DNA of 64,000 bases, taken from a virus. Lineage: Duplodnaviria > Heunggongvirae > Uroviricota > Caudoviricetes. The translations under genes and the position numbers were made by a program. The notes beneath the pieces were generated by a model. That model saw nothing but the letters and a program-made list of their open reading frames with translations, did not search any database and was not told the origin of the DNA. Location: IMG/VR virus record IMGVR_UViG_3300046008_000242, positions 32,001-96,000 of that record; one strand, given 5' to 3'. Below are positions 51,433 to 61,901 of this stretch, in pieces (the first letter of the stretch is position 1; each line of letters opens with the position of its first letter).

Positions 51433-52760
51433 CTAATTCATATAGAATTTATCAATAATATGTTTCAATAATTTTTCTAATCCATTTTGTAATTTTATCA
51501 CATTTAATCTCGTCCAGTTTCTGCTATTCGTTTCCATTATAACAATATGATTTGTTATGTTATAAAAATCCTTGATTTCTGAGATATACGAAATCAAGGA
51601 TTGTTTATCATCAGTGTATTTCAATGTAGAATTAATCTCGTTTATTCTACATTCGTATTCCTTTATCTTAATTTTACGTTCATCTAAATGTTTATAGAAC
51701 TTAACCGAACCTTCATATAGTTTTTCATAATCGACTTGTCTCCAATTAGGTCCATTAATTCCCATAATTTTTCTTGTATCGATAACGTTATATTTTTCTA
51801 TGTCTTGTTGAATCTGAAGAACTAATGGTCTAGCATATTTTATTTCCAAGATGTGTTTCTTCTTTTCTTTACATTCTGGAGTTTTCATATGATGTGTGTA
51901 CCAGTTTCCTCAAAACACGTATCTCTACGATTTTGGATACATTTTGGATCTTTCATATAATGAGTGTACCCAGTTTCCTCAAAACTAGAATCTCTGCGAT
52001 TTCGGATACATTCTGGATTTTGCATAGGATGATTGTATCCAGTTTTCTCAAAATACGTATCCTGACGCTTTTGGATACATTCTGGATTTTTACCAGGATT
52101 ATCGTATCCTGTTCTAGCAAAATGGGTATCTCTACTCTTTTGGATACATTCTGGATTTTGCATATTATGCGCGTATCCAGTTTTCTCAAAATATATTTGA
52201 GAATATTGTTCTCTTAATTCTGGATTGGCAAAATTACTAACATATCCAGTTTTCTTAAAATGGATATCTCTACTCTTTTGGACACATTCTGGATTTTTCA
52301 TATGATGAGTGTATCCAGTTTTCTTAAAATGGGTATCTCTACTCTTTTGGACGCATTCTGGATTTTTCATATGATGATATGCACTTATTGATATCTTCAA
52401 CTCTTGATATTCTTCTTCGGTCATGAATTTATGTTTACCATCTACGCATAATAATCCAAATCCGGAAATCATCTTAGCATGTAAATTACGTTTTAATCCC
52501 ATCTCTATTAACAGTTGATGGCATCTGTAATGTTCCCTTGCCGATAGATATGCATAATTCAATTTATCTGTTTCTCCACCCATCTTAAATGATCTAGGTA
52601 ATATATGGTGTTCTTCTGTATAACCTAAAATTGATTTTGCTTCTTTTTTAGTGGATGCTCTGATTCTGGCATTAGATACGATGGAGATATACTCTGCTGT
52701 TTGTTCATTATCTGAACATAATTCGATTATTTTATCGATATAGATATTATTGCTGGTCAT
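51433..52760 (-). CDS. Mob-like HNH homing endonuclease with tandem repeats (copy 2), 1-nt frameshift near 51901
   Basis: Near-identical N-terminus to 47164-48354; ORFs 51885-52760 and 51433-51888 join if one base is added at the CC run 51901-51902. Confidence 0.85.
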
Positions 52761-53025
52761 AAAATTCCTGTGAGTTTGATTAGAGACAACGGAAGGTCAC
52801 GCTTCGCGGTTGTCATTTTTTATTTAGTTGATTATCGCGTATTAAGAAGATGGAATAATGAATCGTTAAGTTCGACCAGAAATACATTATAAATGACATG
52901 GAAGAAATTGTGATTACCAAGGATTTTCGGACGCTGAACTTTCATCAGCAATTTAACAGAGGAACGAAAATGACTTTACAAAAAAAGACCACAAAGAATG
53001 CACCTCAACATTTATCGGAGTTTAA

Positions 53026-53922
53026 ATGATTTTAATTGATTTTAATGGGGTCGCGATGCCCCACGTAACAGCATTCAACGCAGATTTACGAACTAACGAT
53101 AAAGAACGAATCCTGGATCTATGTCGCCATACAATTTTGTCTCAATTACTTGTATATAAAAAGAAGTATGAACAAAAATATGGAGAAATGGTAATCTGTT
53201 TGGATGGTCGTAATTACTGGCGCAAACAAGAATTTCCTAATTACAAATCTAATCGCAAGAAGACTAAGGATGAGATGGTTGATTGGCAAATTGTATACGA
53301 TTGTCTTAATCAGATTAGAGATGAACTCAAGGCATTCTTTCCATTCAAGGTAATCTTTGTCAATGAAGCTGAAGCAGATGATACGATGGCTTTTTTAGTG
53401 GAATGGTCTCAGACAAATGACTTGAAAGAAGATCTATTGTATTCTGAACCAAAACCGATGATGGTCGTATCTAGCGATCATGATTTTTCACAACTTCAAA
53501 AGTATGATAATGTTGAACAATTCTCTCCATTCACAAAGAAATTGGTGAAATTCAATAAAAAAGAAATTCATGAAAAGCGAATGGAACATATCGTCAAAGG
53601 TGATAGTGGCGACGGTGTACCAAATCTACTAAGTGACGATAATGTATTTGTTGACAAAAGAAGACAATCTCCAATGACTCAAAAGAGATTGGCTGAATTC
53701 TTCGAGAAAGGAATAGATGCTTGTAAAAATGATATGGAACGACGGAACTACCAACGTAATCAAATGTTAGTAGACTTTGATTTTATCCCACAACGTGTTA
53801 AAGATAAGATCCTTGAAGAATACACTAATGCAAAACCCGTCAGAGATTTGAATTTGATTATGGAATACTTCATGAAAAACAAATGTCGTTTATTATTGGA
53901 AACTTTACAGGATTGGAAATGA
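53026..53922 (+). CDS. rnh: T4-type RNase H / 5'-3' exonuclease
   Basis: MILIDF, YWRK..FP.YK..R, EADD, SSDHDF.QL, KGD.GDGVPN. Confidence 0.94.
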   Translation: MILIDFNGVAMPHVTAFNADLRTNDKERILDLCRHTILSQLLVYKKKYEQKYGEMVICLDGRNYWRKQEFPNYKSNRKKTKDEMVDWQIVYDCLNQIRDELKAFFPFKVIFVNEAEADDTMAFLVEWSQTNDLKEDLLYSEPKPMMVVSSDHDFSQLQKYDNVEQFSPFTKKLVKFNKKEIHEKRMEHIVKGDSGDGVPNLLSDDNVFVDKRRQSPMTQKRLAEFFEKGIDACKNDMERRNYQRNQMLVDFDFIPQRVKDKILEEYTNAKPVRDLNLIMEYFMKNKCRLLLETLQDWK

Positions 53923-54206
53923 AAGTATTATCATTATATGGTTATTTCTTGTTACCAGATGATTTTGACGGAACAAGAGAAGATGCATTAGATTTATTTG
54001 TGGAGTATAGAAAGACTAAAGGGTACTCTGGTAATAAAACAGGGAAATTGTTAAACGACGATGAAGCATTAGATGTTTGGAGTTCATTTTTACAAGCTAC
54101 AGAAACTGGTGAATATAAATGGACTGGTGATATTAACGTATCGCAATTGATTGACGGAAAAATGGAACGTATTATTGACTCTGAACCTTTGGTGCAACAA
54201 GAATGA
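53919..54206 (+). CDS. Hypothetical protein
   Basis: ATGA overlap with the rnh stop. Confidence 0.6.
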   Translation: MKVLSLYGYFLLPDDFDGTREDALDLFVEYRKTKGYSGNKTGKLLNDDEALDVWSSFLQATETGEYKWTGDINVSQLIDGKMERIIDSEPLVQQE

Positions 54207-54409
54207 AATTAACATACTGTGTATATTGTAGAAAAGAAATTTGTAAATGTGGTGGAGGATTCTCTCCCGATTTTGATATTAGACGAGTAAGGAAATAACA
54301 TGCCATTATTATTGTTTACCGTAGTAGCGGGTTTAGGATTATCTTATGCATTTCATTATATCGCAGATAATCATGAAAAGATTGAAGAATTGAGTAGAAA
54401 GGAAAGAAG

Positions 54410-54772
54410 TTGAATCAAATTGAAATCATAGCAATAGCAGCTCATGAAACAATCAAGAAATTCTGTGATGAAAATGGAGAAACGACTAATCTCCATTGGA
54501 ATGAATGTCCAGAATGGCAGAAACACGCCGCTATAGCAAATGTTAAATTTGTATTGGAAACGGATAATGTAACAGATGAAATGTTACATGATTTCTGGAT
54601 GAAAGATAAATTAGAACACGGATGGAAACTTGGTGATGTAAAAGATACAGAATTGAAGATTCATCCTTGTCTGGTGCCATTTGAAGAAATATCTGAATAC
54701 CAACAGATGAAGGATAGATTGTTTATCAATACTGTCCAATTATTGGATAGTAAATCTTACGATTACAACTAA
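54410..54772 (+). CDS. RyR-domain protein
   Basis: HD.WM..K...GW..G..KD...K.HPCLVPFEE..E.Q..KD motif. Confidence 0.85.
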   Translation: MNQIEIIAIAAHETIKKFCDENGETTNLHWNECPEWQKHAAIANVKFVLETDNVTDEMLHDFWMKDKLEHGWKLGDVKDTELKIHPCLVPFEEISEYQQMKDRLFINTVQLLDSKSYDYN

Positions 54773-54800
54773 ATAAAGTTTTGAGTATAGGAAAATATAA

Positions 54801-55097
54801 ATGAGTGAAATTGAAAATGAGATCCTTGAAAAAGGATTAACTGCTCCACGGATTACACCAGAGCATATTGAATCTGTTATTGAAAAGGAAGATTACTACG
54901 TATTTCCTGATACATGTCTGACTGTATGTTGTCTTACATTATCTAATGGATTTAATGTAACAGGAGAAAGTGCTTGTGCATCTCCAGAAAACTTCAACAA
55001 AGAACTTGGTCAGAAGATCGCTAGATCTAACGCAAAGAGTAAGATTTGGGTTCTGGAAGGATATCTTTTGAAGGAGAGATTGAAAGATGGCAACTAA
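54801..55097 (+). CDS. Phage gp49/66-family protein
   Basis: TAPRITP..I, LTVC.L.L.NGF.VTGESAC.SPENF..E.G motif. Confidence 0.82.
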   Translation: MSEIENEILEKGLTAPRITPEHIESVIEKEDYYVFPDTCLTVCCLTLSNGFNVTGESACASPENFNKELGQKIARSNAKSKIWVLEGYLLKERLKDGN

Positions 55098-55659
55098 AAA
55101 GTTTATTCCTGAAATTTTACAAGAGATTAATGATTCACCAAATGTATTGGAATCATTGAAAAGTTATGTTGACAATGAGACATTAAAATATACGTTTGCT
55201 TGGGCATTTATCCCAAAAGCCAAGTTTATGCTCCCTGACGGAATTCCACCATATAAACCAACATCAAATCCAATTGGAACAACTGCATCTAATTTTGCTC
55301 AAGAAGTTAGAAAATTCCAGATGTTCTTACGGACTGATATGAAACGAGTCCATCTTGAGAAATTGTTTATCCAATTGCTTGAAGACTTACATCCTTCTGA
55401 ATCTGAAGTGTTAATCTGTATTAAAGACCAGAACTTACGCAGATTGTATCCTAACATCACATTAGATTTAATTGTTGAAGCAGGATTCTTTACATATCCG
55501 CATATCCCAGAAGGATACAAAATTTACGTTCCTGAAGTAAAAGAAGAATCAGATTTTTTGGAATCAGAAGATTCTTCAGAGGAATCTCAACCCGTTTCAA
55601 AAGAAACAACTCCAACTACACCTAAGAAAGGTGGACGACCTAAAAAGGAAACAAAATGA
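55087..55659 (+). CDS. Conserved T4-like hypothetical protein
   Basis: LPDG.PPYK, E.LFIQLLE.LHP.E....KD motif. Confidence 0.75.
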   Translation: MATKKFIPEILQEINDSPNVLESLKSYVDNETLKYTFAWAFIPKAKFMLPDGIPPYKPTSNPIGTTASNFAQEVRKFQMFLRTDMKRVHLEKLFIQLLEDLHPSESEVLICIKDQNLRRLYPNITLDLIVEAGFFTYPHIPEGYKIYVPEVKEESDFLESEDSSEESQPVSKETTPTTPKKGGRPKKETK

Positions 55660-55877
55660 GCGAATTTGAAAAATTTAAACAATCAGTAATGGAAGAATTT
55701 ACTGGTAAATTGACTGAAGCAAAAAAAAGAATCACCCGAAGAAAAAGGTGAATCTAAAGCCGAAGAAGAATCAGAAGATGAAAATAAAGAATCTAAAAAG
55801 TTAGAAAAAGATTCTGATTAAAATTTGAACCTCAATGTCATAAATTGGCATTGGGGTTTTTCTCTATTGAGGATACA

Positions 55878-56195
55878 ATGAAACCGACAAAAGTAGAAAA
55901 ACAAAAAGAACCTATCCTGATTGCATCATTTGCTACGTTATCAACTGGTGTGTCTATCCCAAGCATTTCAAACATCATATTTGCTTCTCCGTCAAAATCA
56001 AAGATTAGAGCATTACAGTCTATCGGTAGAGGATTACGATTAAAGGAAGGTAAATCTATATGTAAATTGTATGACATAGCAGATAATCTATCTTATAAGA
56101 GTTGGCGTAATCACACTTTAAATCATTTCGAAGAAAGAGTGAAGATTTACGCATCAGAGAAATTTGATTTTAAAATTCATAAAATAGATTTTTAA
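55878..56195 (+). CDS. uvsW: Stand-alone C-terminal fragment of a UvsW-like helicase
   Basis: IASFATLSTGVSI, IIFASPSKSKIRALQSIGRGLR, LYDIAD; only ~105 aa. Confidence 0.8.
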   Translation: MKPTKVEKQKEPILIASFATLSTGVSIPSISNIIFASPSKSKIRALQSIGRGLRLKEGKSICKLYDIADNLSYKSWRNHTLNHFEERVKIYASEKFDFKIHKIDF

Positions 56196-56235
56196 TCCTT
56201 TTAATTTTAATGAAATCAAGTATAATAGATTTCAA

Positions 56236-56481
56236 ATGAGGTGTGGTATGATAGATTCATATCAGGTTAAATGTATTATCGGTTCTAAACTAAACAGAAT
56301 TGTTGATACGAAAGTTGAATATCACGAAACTGGATATTCAATTAAATTTATTGATGTATTGTTTGATTATAGTATAATAAATGAACTCAAGCATACACTT
56401 GATAGATTTATCTCAGAGGATTACTCCATTTTTGAATCAGATGGCGTAATTGTAATCAAAGTTGAATTTTATTTTAAATGA
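56236..56481 (+). CDS. Hypothetical protein
   Basis: ORF after a TATAAT promoter motif. Confidence 0.55.
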   Translation: MRCGMIDSYQVKCIIGSKLNRIVDTKVEYHETGYSIKFIDVLFDYSIINELKHTLDRFISEDYSIFESDGVIVIKVEFYFK

Positions 56482-56490
56482 GGAATGAAC

Positions 56491-56943
56491 ATGACCAGAA
56501 TTAATGTTATTGAACCAAAACAATTGACAGACCAACATCTAATGGCAGAATATAGAGAATTACCAATGGTTGGTAGCGCATTAAAACGTTCTATACGTTC
56601 CAAAAATGGTGTCCCAAAGATTCCAAGTAAATATACATTAAACACTGGTCATGTTACATTCTTCTACAATCTAGGTGCATATCTTGAAAGAAGATATAAA
56701 TCTCTAATTGATGAATTGAATAATAGAGGTTACAAGTTAGATGAAAACAGAATTGTTGATTTTGATGTGTTCAAGGATAATGGTATGTACAATGATTGGA
56801 ATCCAGATGAACCTGCTTTGCGTATAAACGTAGAAAGAATCAAACAGAAACTAGACATGAAGATTGATTGGTATAAACATTATGGTAAACCAATTCTAGA
56901 TAAACATGAAGTGTTGAATCCAACTGAATTATATAGAGGTTGA
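56491..56943 (+). CDS. denV: Pyrimidine dimer DNA glycosylase (endonuclease V)
   Basis: MTRIN, L.DQHLMAEYRELP, L.TGHVTFFY. Confidence 0.95.
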   Translation: MTRINVIEPKQLTDQHLMAEYRELPMVGSALKRSIRSKNGVPKIPSKYTLNTGHVTFFYNLGAYLERRYKSLIDELNNRGYKLDENRIVDFDVFKDNGMYNDWNPDEPALRINVERIKQKLDMKIDWYKHYGKPILDKHEVLNPTELYRG

Positions 56944-56944
56944 T

Positions 56945-57178
56945 ATGAAAAAGGGTAGTTTGTTGTTCGCGTGCATTTATCTAATGAGAACGGTAAGGAA
57001 GATACCAAAAAATAGACCAATGGATTGGTTCTTTGACCAATATGAAAAACAAATCAAAGAAGTGTCTGAATTGTATTCGGTTTCTTCTGATGAATTACGC
57101 AACTTCTATATAAAATCATATAGAAGGGTTATTGATAAATCTATTGGCGATTATTATGAAAAATTTACACGTCTTTAA
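56945..57178 (+). CDS. Hypothetical protein
   Basis: 77-aa ORF with GAGGT RBS. Confidence 0.55.
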   Translation: MKKGSLLFACIYLMRTVRKIPKNRPMDWFFDQYEKQIKEVSELYSVSSDELRNFYIKSYRRVIDKSIGDYYEKFTRL

Positions 57179-57407
57179 GATACAGTATATTCCGCCTACA
57201 TTAGATGGAGGTCATAGAATTAAGATTAAATCAGAACGGTTCAATCAATCTATTTTCATTCCATTTATTAATGGTTCGACTATGATTGAATCTGCAACAG
57301 AATGTCTTAATTCAAAAGGATATGACATCCAATTTTCTGGAGAAGGAAATGGCAATACAATGTATCTAATTAGTCAAGTGTTTAAATCATTAAAGGAATC
57401 AAAATGA
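57156..57407 (+). CDS. Hypothetical protein
   Basis: ORF in tightly packed operon. Confidence 0.55.
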   Translation: MKNLHVFKIQYIPPTLDGGHRIKIKSERFNQSIFIPFINGSTMIESATECLNSKGYDIQFSGEGNGNTMYLISQVFKSLKESK

Positions 57408-57826
57408 ATCTATTAGAATTTTCAATGGACATCCAACGTTTATATTACGAAAATGTCGAATTGAAAAAAGAGAACCAAAGATTACTTGGGATTGAAAAAG
57501 AATACAATGAATTATTGAGAACATCTAATGAACATAATCAGAAGATGTTCTCTAATGTTTTAAAACTATGTTTGAATGGAATTGATTCGTTTAAACAAGA
57601 AGAATGGCAACCAGATTGGTCTAAAATCAAATATGATTATTTGGCGATGGATAACAATGGTGAATGGAATTCATTCGAAACAAATAAAATTCATTTTAGT
57701 GATAGATTATTAACTTGGATGTTTGATGTGGGTTGTCATAAGGAATATAAACAAGAATTACACATTGATTATAAACATCCAGCTCCTTCTAAGTCATTTT
57801 ACACAAGACCTGGTATATCAAAATGA
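57404..57826 (+). CDS. Hypothetical protein
   Basis: Coiled-coil N-terminus, PDWS..YLAMD..G.W motif; ATGA overlaps. Confidence 0.65.
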   Translation: MNLLEFSMDIQRLYYENVELKKENQRLLGIEKEYNELLRTSNEHNQKMFSNVLKLCLNGIDSFKQEEWQPDWSKIKYDYLAMDNNGEWNSFETNKIHFSDRLLTWMFDVGCHKEYKQELHIDYKHPAPSKSFYTRPGISK

Positions 57827-58167
57827 TTGAATTAGAATCTAAAATTGTATTCGACCATGAAACATTCTTAATACATACGGCATTAGATGTTGGTTCTATC
57901 TTCGGTGTAAATTTACAAGGAAGAACTCACGAAGATGGAACATACAATGCGACTGATTTTAGAAACAAATATCTTGTACCATTATTGATGCAACAAATTT
58001 ACATTATCGTGGATTTTGATTCATGTAATGGAGCAGCATCGAATTGGTTAGAAGAATGTTTTGGAGGATTAGTTAGAATGGGATTTGATAAGGAATATCT
58101 ATTGAACCATTTGAAATTTGTGGATGAATCGATTGAACTCGAATGTTTTGAATATATTGAAGGTTGA
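57823..58167 (+). CDS. STAS-like (DUF4325-like) protein
   Basis: GR...DG......FR...L.P, VDFD..G..S.WLEE.FGGLV pattern. Confidence 0.65.
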   Translation: MIELESKIVFDHETFLIHTALDVGSIFGVNLQGRTHEDGTYNATDFRNKYLVPLLMQQIYIIVDFDSCNGAASNWLEECFGGLVRMGFDKEYLLNHLKFVDESIELECFEYIEG

Positions 58168-58197
58168 AACTTACCAAATTAGAGAGATGTTTAAGAA

Positions 58198-58617
58198 ATG
58201 ATGAAGGATAAATTTAAAATGTATTTCATGGAGGTCGCCGAGTTGACTTCCAAATTATCGCATGCCAATAAATTGAAGGTTGGATCTGTTGCTGTTAAAG
58301 ACGGAAGAATCATTGGTTGTGGATATAATGGCAATAACATTGAATTAGATCTAGATGAATGTGAAGATGTAATTGATGGTGAACTAATCACAAAATCAAC
58401 TGTATTACATTCTGAAGAAAATCTAATTGCGTATCTAGCCAGAAACAATGAATCCTCTAAGGATGCCATATTATTCTGTAACGTATTGCCGTGCATCAAA
58501 TGTGCTAGATTGATTGTTGCGTCAGGATTCAAAGCTGTGTATTACAGAAACATGTATAGAGATAATTCTAGTATTGAATTCTTCAATAAATGTGGCATCC
58601 ATATCGAACGATTATAA
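58198..58617 (+). CDS. cd: dCMP deaminase
   Basis: KVG...VKD.RII..GYNG, HSEEN, PCIKC. Confidence 0.92.
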   Translation: MMKDKFKMYFMEVAELTSKLSHANKLKVGSVAVKDGRIIGCGYNGNNIELDLDECEDVIDGELITKSTVLHSEENLIAYLARNNESSKDAILFCNVLPCIKCARLIVASGFKAVYYRNMYRDNSSIEFFNKCGIHIERL

Positions 58618-58650
58618 GTAAGAACAACTAAACAAATTGGAAAATGATAA

Positions 58651-58839
58651 ATGAGTAATAAATGGCATGGTGGTAAAGGTTCAACCACAAGACCAACTGA
58701 TGTTGACAAATATAATGAAAATTGGGATAGAATCTTTGGAGACAAGAAGAAGGATTCAGTTAAACCAAAGAAACAAAAGTTGAATGAAGTCGAATTTGAC
58801 GATGATGCTCTTCATATGTTAAACGATTCAGAATATTAA
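58651..58839 (+). CDS. Small conserved phage protein
   Basis: GGKGS..RP......NWDRIF motif. Confidence 0.7.
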   Translation: MSNKWHGGKGSTTRPTDVDKYNENWDRIFGDKKKDSVKPKKQKLNEVEFDDDALHMLNDSEY

Positions 58840-58905
58840 AGGAAACCGAAATAGATGAGAAATTCTATTTCGGTTTTATTATTTTTACCATATAATGAGA
58901 ATAAA

Positions 58906-59805
58906 ATGAAAGCAATTTATACAATCGGTGTAAGTTCTTCTGGTAAATCATATTGGTCTAATGAATTTGTCAAGAATAATCCAAATTACCTGATTATCGA
59001 ACGAGATAAAATCAGAGCAGATATTCTTAGATCGTTATGTACATACAGAGAAGGGTTCCTATGGAAGGTCTGGGATTTTAAAGATGAACATAAGGTCAAT
59101 GAAATTGTACAACAGATGATTGATTTTGGAGTAAAGAATAATAAAGACATTATCTTCTCTAATACAAATTTGAATAAGAAGTATCTACTCAAATCAATTC
59201 AACAGATGACTGAGTTAGGGTATAAAACTGAAATGAGATACTTTCCTGTTGATTTTGAATTGGCAATCGAACGCGATAAGAAACGAACTGAGACTGTTGG
59301 TATTGATGTAATCGAGAAACAATGGTTACAATGGCTTGAATTACCAAGAGAATGTATTGGTATCCCAAAATACATTAAAGACGATACAAAACCGAAAGCC
59401 GTTGTTTGTGATATTGATGGTACAGTTGCCAGACATGTTAATAGAAATCCGTATGATTATTTTAAAGCTGGAACGGATGAACCTATTACGGAAGTGGTGA
59501 ACATTGTTAAAATGTATAAAGAAAACGGATACCAGATTATCTTCTTATCTGGTAGAGATTCTGTATGCAGAGAAATAACGAATGATTGGTTGGGAAAACA
59601 TTTTGGATCGGACTTCTTATTGTATATGAGAACCCAAGGTGACAGACGAAAGGATAGAATTGTCAAACAAGAATTATTTTTCAATCATGTTGCTGAAAAT
59701 TGGGATGTTGAAGTTGTAATTGACGACAGGAAACAAGTCGTTAGATTATGGACAGACATAGACGTAAAGTTGTTGAATGTTGGTAATTATTATGAGACAT
59801 TTTAG
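58906..59805 (+). CDS. pseT: Polynucleotide 5'-kinase/3'-phosphatase
   Basis: GVSSSGKS P-loop, RD..R, DIDGT, SGR, DDR.QVV. Confidence 0.93.
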   Translation: MKAIYTIGVSSSGKSYWSNEFVKNNPNYLIIERDKIRADILRSLCTYREGFLWKVWDFKDEHKVNEIVQQMIDFGVKNNKDIIFSNTNLNKKYLLKSIQQMTELGYKTEMRYFPVDFELAIERDKKRTETVGIDVIEKQWLQWLELPRECIGIPKYIKDDTKPKAVVCDIDGTVARHVNRNPYDYFKAGTDEPITEVVNIVKMYKENGYQIIFLSGRDSVCREITNDWLGKHFGSDFLLYMRTQGDRRKDRIVKQELFFNHVAENWDVEVVIDDRKQVVRLWTDIDVKLLNVGNYYETF

Positions 59806-59945
59806 TGAAAGATTCATAGACACAGAATCATTGGTTGGTTCAATTATATCAATAATCGGTATTATCTTATTTTTAACTGTTGGTGATTTTTATATATTAT
59901 CAATAGGGATAATACTGTTGTTATTTTCAATTATAACACTTTCTT

Positions 59946-60794
59946 ATGAAATTTGTACATTTAAAGGAGATTAGGTTGATTGTAAATTATTGTTCAGATC
60001 TTCATCTTGAGAGAAATGTTGGAATATCTATTAAGAATAGAAACAAAGCTGATTTATTGATTCTTGCTGGTGATATTGTACCAATTAAATTATTGATTCA
60101 ATCCTCCAATAATTTAAAGAAATATGATGAATGGGATAATATAACAGAATTCTTTGACACAGCATCCACTCAATATAAAGATGTTATATATGTATGCGGT
60201 AATCATGAATTCTATGATTCTGATATTGATGATGTAAAAGCATTGAAGAAATCATTAAAACAGTATAACAATATACATGTATTAGAACAAGAATCAATAC
60301 GTATTGACGGTCATTTATTTGTTGGTGGAACATGTTGGACAAAGATAAAAGATCCAACTTTGGAAGCGGAAGCATTACATAAATTCTCAGATTACATTTA
60401 TATCTCTGATGGTAAGATAACCGAGTATTATACCAATAAACGCAAACAATTATTACCTTCGACCACTTCTAAAATGTGTGACGATTTTATCAAATATGTA
60501 AATCAAACATTAGAGGAAAACGACAACAATAATTTAATAGTGATAACGCATCATTGTCCAACTCAACTTGGAATCCCAAACATTTTCAAAGGTAATTTCT
60601 GGAACGGATTATTTTGTAATGAATTTGATGACTATATATATGATACCAATAGAATTTCTCATTGGATATATGGACACACTCATGATTATCCAAAAGATTT
60701 TTATATTGGTTCCACTAATATATTATCTAACACACACGGGTACCCTAATGAGGGATTTCCTTTGACATTTGAAATGAAAACATTTACATTATGA
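59946..60794 (+). CDS. Calcineurin-like metallophosphoesterase
   Basis: SDLHLE, LAGD, GNHE, THH, GHTH. Confidence 0.92.
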   Translation: MKFVHLKEIRLIVNYCSDLHLERNVGISIKNRNKADLLILAGDIVPIKLLIQSSNNLKKYDEWDNITEFFDTASTQYKDVIYVCGNHEFYDSDIDDVKALKKSLKQYNNIHVLEQESIRIDGHLFVGGTCWTKIKDPTLEAEALHKFSDYIYISDGKITEYYTNKRKQLLPSTTSKMCDDFIKYVNQTLEENDNNNLIVITHHCPTQLGIPNIFKGNFWNGLFCNEFDDYIYDTNRISHWIYGHTHDYPKDFYIGSTNILSNTHGYPNEGFPLTFEMKTFTL

Positions 60795-61142
60795 TGGGAT
60801 TATTTTACGCTGGGTTGATGTTAACATTATTGGTATTATTTTATTTCTTTATCCTTTGTGTATTGTTGTTTATAATATACGTATTGGTATATTGGTTATT
60901 GTTTATGCCATTGACGTTTCTAATTGAATTATTTTGACATAGGATTTTGGTGTGGGATCTTTTCATTACCATAAAGTTAAATCAATCATTTCAGAAGCCA
61001 TAATCATGGATGGATTTGGTAAATTAATGAATTATGATGGACCGTTCAGAGATGTGGATAACAAAGTTGTATATTACGATCCCAAAAAGGGGTCTTTCTT
61101 GGATGCTGTAAAATTACATAAAAACTTAAATAGGAATATATT

Positions 61143-61493
61143 ATGACATTATCAAAAGACGTGTTGGAATTCATGAATGCTTGCGACCAAGAAGTTTCTC
61201 ATGTGAACTCAGAACTCTATCTAAATCTAATCAAAGAAGAATATGAAGAATTACTCGAAGGTGTCAGAAACAACGATCGAGTTGAAATTTTGGATGCTCT
61301 AGAAGATCTTAAATGGGTAATCGCCGCGTACTCTCTATGTATGGGATTTGATTCGGAAGGTGCTTGGAATGAAGTGAAACGTTCAAACATGTCTAAGTTG
61401 GATCCAATTACTGGTAAGGCAATCAAACGAGCAGATGGTAAGATTTTGAAACCAGAAACATTCAGTCAACCAGATTTAACTCCATTTGTATAG
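61143..61493 (+). CDS. MazG-like NTP pyrophosphohydrolase
   Basis: LIKEEYEEL, LDAL.D, EV.RSNMSK, R.DGKILK. Confidence 0.9.
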   Translation: MTLSKDVLEFMNACDQEVSHVNSELYLNLIKEEYEELLEGVRNNDRVEILDALEDLKWVIAAYSLCMGFDSEGAWNEVKRSNMSKLDPITGKAIKRADGKILKPETFSQPDLTPFV

Positions 61494-61901
61494 AGATACA
61501 CCATGGAACAAGAAATTGATTACAAAGAATTGTATCTGAATAGAATCAGAAAAGACATTGGTGAATTGATTGAATTCCTTACCAGTAAATCCGTCGAAGA
61601 AGAACATCTAAGACAAGCGTTCCTAGATGAAGTCAGACGAACTGGAACAGCAGATAAATTAAAAGAATTATTGTAACAATACATTATAGACCATCATATG
61701 TGTTTAACATATGATGGTTTTTATTTTTAAGGATAAAATAGATGCCAACTCCGTACATTAAGAAAGTAGCCGATATATATAACAAACCCATAGAAGATGT
61801 CGAGAGATTATGGGATAAAGCCAAAGAATCCGTTGGTGATGAAAACAAAGAAGATTATGCTTTAATTACTCACATATTCCATAAAATTGTCAAATCTCAT
61901 T

